From Octopus bimaculoides (taxonomy: Eukaryota), in NCBI RefSeq assembly GCF_001194135.2, contig NC_068981.1, positions 82,795,357-82,845,966 of the forward strand: 50,610 nt of DNA, in the 5' to 3' direction. Below are positions 48,075 through 50,610 of this stretch, piece after piece. Position 1 is the first letter of the stretch. Each line of letters opens with the position of its first letter. The notes beneath the pieces are model-generated. The model was not told the origin of the DNA and ran no database searches. It saw only the letters and a program-made list of their open reading frames with translations. The translations under genes were made by a program, and so were the position numbers.

Positions 48075-50489
48075 ATATATATGTATGTATGTGTCGTGAA
48101 AAGAAAGTACGAATATGTATTTTGTGTTTGCGTCACAATCGTTTGAGAAGGAATATATTATGTTGAGAAATCTCTAGTTACTGTCCAAGTTTAAAGACAT
48201 TCTTTTGTTGTGGTACAAACCAACAAACTTTAAAGTAATGTGTATTGTTACAGGAATTGTTCGACACATTAATAATTTTGTCTCAGCGTTAGAATTTAAA
48301 AAAATATAAATTTGAATTCCATGAAATTTGATATCGGATTTTTAAAGGGACAAATACTTCTTGCTTCGGTATTCTATCATTCTTCGATGTATCTTTTCAT
48401 TGGGTAATTACTTATGAAAGGAGCTATAGCCAACCATAACTTGGTTCTCTTAAAGATATTAGGTCTCTGACGTTGAGGTGTATATTTACTCGGGTGGAAC
48501 AAAAGGTACGTATTGATGTTGCTTAGTATGTACTAGGGGTGGGACGGACCAAATTATATTTCCGTTTTGAATCACGTGTACGTTGTAGAGCCTCATCAAA
48601 TGTGGCGTGATGTTCTCTAAAACATCAAAATGGCTATTTCTTCAACTACAGGTGTATGCTCTCGATTCGTTGACACCGCTCACCTGATATACATTATAAT
48701 CATTACTGAAGTAGTTAGAGTTTATTAATGTGGAAGTAGCTATATCTGTAGTTCTGCATGTAACCGCTGTTGAGCAATGAACATCGTTCTAGTCGGTATC
48801 CCCAATTAGCTTACACCATACTCCAGGATGACAACATTAAGGAGCGAACTTTTCAGATAGAAGTTGTGAAAGACACATATCTAAAAAGCACTTCAATTTC
48901 TTGGGGAATCGATAGGTGGGTGAATGCATAATAATTTCTTTTACTTTCATTGCTGATTTTCCTTTGTCTGGTTGTTTTCGCTTTCTATAATGACCAAGTA
49001 TATTTCTATTTGCCTCGATCTTGCCAGGAATGAATAAAACATACTGTCACCCAAATAAGGTCTGTCTTCGATCCTTGCTGTAACACTGTTTCATGGAAAC
49101 AACAGATATAACCACTGCTGCTATGTCCTTTGTCGTCTCAGCGAAAATCGTCGGTAAAACTAAGCTGTTTACTGGTTTTATTTTGTATTTTAGTATTACT
49201 TTATTTTATTCGTTTACGTTGTTAGAGATATGCATAGAAGAAAAACAGCAACAAAATTTCGCATTTCTTCCCTTCTAAACTCTTAGCAAATTAAGAAATG
49301 ATGATGTTTTGTCAGTATAGCCAGATGAACTTCAAAATAATTTATTGCTTCCCTCCTTTTCCAGTTACCTCTGAAACTCCACTACACAAATTAATTATCT
49401 TAAGTACTTTCCCGTTAAGTCTTTAGCTTCGGCGTGGGGATCTTTCAAATGCCTGTGTATATATTTGTATATTGATTTCAGTACTTTTGTATAACATTTC
49501 TCCACTTAATATTCTTTGCGTGGAAATATAAAGCTTTTCAATATATTTTATATAATATTAGATTACGAAGCTTTCAACATAAAGTACCTCCTCCATTTTC
49601 ATAAGACCCGTTCGTTTGTTTACACTTCTTTTTTTGTTCTCGTGTCAGAAATTGTTGTTAATATTGAATGGTAAAACAAACCCTCGTTGTTAATTATCTG
49701 GTTTGAAGAAAAAATATCCTGTAACAAAACATACATTTGAATGAATGTATCTGTTATTTTTCGTTTCAATCCAAAATATTGCTGAATCATTAGGGTATAA
49801 GAATATTAGTTTAAAAGCTGAGTTGTCATATCCCATTGCTTTGCAATCTCACGTAGCTGGAAACTGTTATTGTTAACGTTCAGTTACAGAGTAATATGTC
49901 CCTGGTCTTAGGCGTTTCTGTATGCTGTCCATGATATTTTTGATGTTTTTTTTAAAAATTCTTTTCTTAGAACAACAGGCTTTGGTTTGAAATAAATATG
50001 AAAATTATAATTTCTAGCAGGTCCAGAAAACACGTAAGATGCTCACACGAAGAGGTGCCCAATACCTTTTCTACTGCAATGGCAAATAGTAATTCCTATA
50101 CGAGTAGATGAATATTCATAGGTGTATTATAGGTGAGCAACTCAATTCCCTTCTAGCTATTTTTACTCAGATGGTAGAAGAGGGGATTATTAGACCATAA
50201 AATTAGATTCTTATTAACAATAGTCGTATTACCAATAACTCATCTCAGCTATTTAAACATTTAATAAATGTCATGATATCACGTTTCTGAAAGTAAAAAT
50301 CCATCTACTTAAGTTAGAAATCATTTGTAATCATTGTTGTGTTATTCATCTATCACCAGGATTATTTGCTACTTACATATATACAATATAATGAAACAAT
50401 TTCTTATTACAATACATTCTAATACCGTACCGAAACTTTAATGTGTGAAAGCATATAGTAATGCATTAACTATATCATATTTTATATCA

Positions 50490-50532
<43 letters not shown>

Positions 50533-50610
50533 CGTGTGTGTGTGTGTTTGTGTGTGTCTGTGTGAGTGTGTATATGTATGTGTGTATACATATATATATA
50601 TATATATATA

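Overview
AT-rich, microsatellite-saturated eukaryotic (animal) DNA from a fragmented draft assembly with about 18 N-gaps. The repeat families look like those I recall from octopod cephalopods; this is inference from recall, not a database result. No protein-coding gene can be confidently called: most ORFs in the track come from microsatellites or N-runs, and only low-confidence candidate exons exist. The window is dominated by mobile-element relics: many tRNA-derived SINEs (several families), four Helitron pieces (two with Pif1-like helicase motifs), one Helentron-type non-autonomous element, a CR1/L2-like RT fragment, a Penelope-like (PLE) locus with thumb/linker and GIY-YIG remnants arranged tail-to-tail, and an R4/Dong-like 3' end. 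The most unusual structure is at 5330-6297: a head-to-head fold-back element with a central tRNA-like Pol III head. Each arm carries a minimal type-I hammerhead ribozyme with a palindromic, dimer-dependent stem III. The left arm is interrupted in its (TAA)n tract by an R4/Dong-like retrotransposon bracketed by an exact 69-nt duplication.
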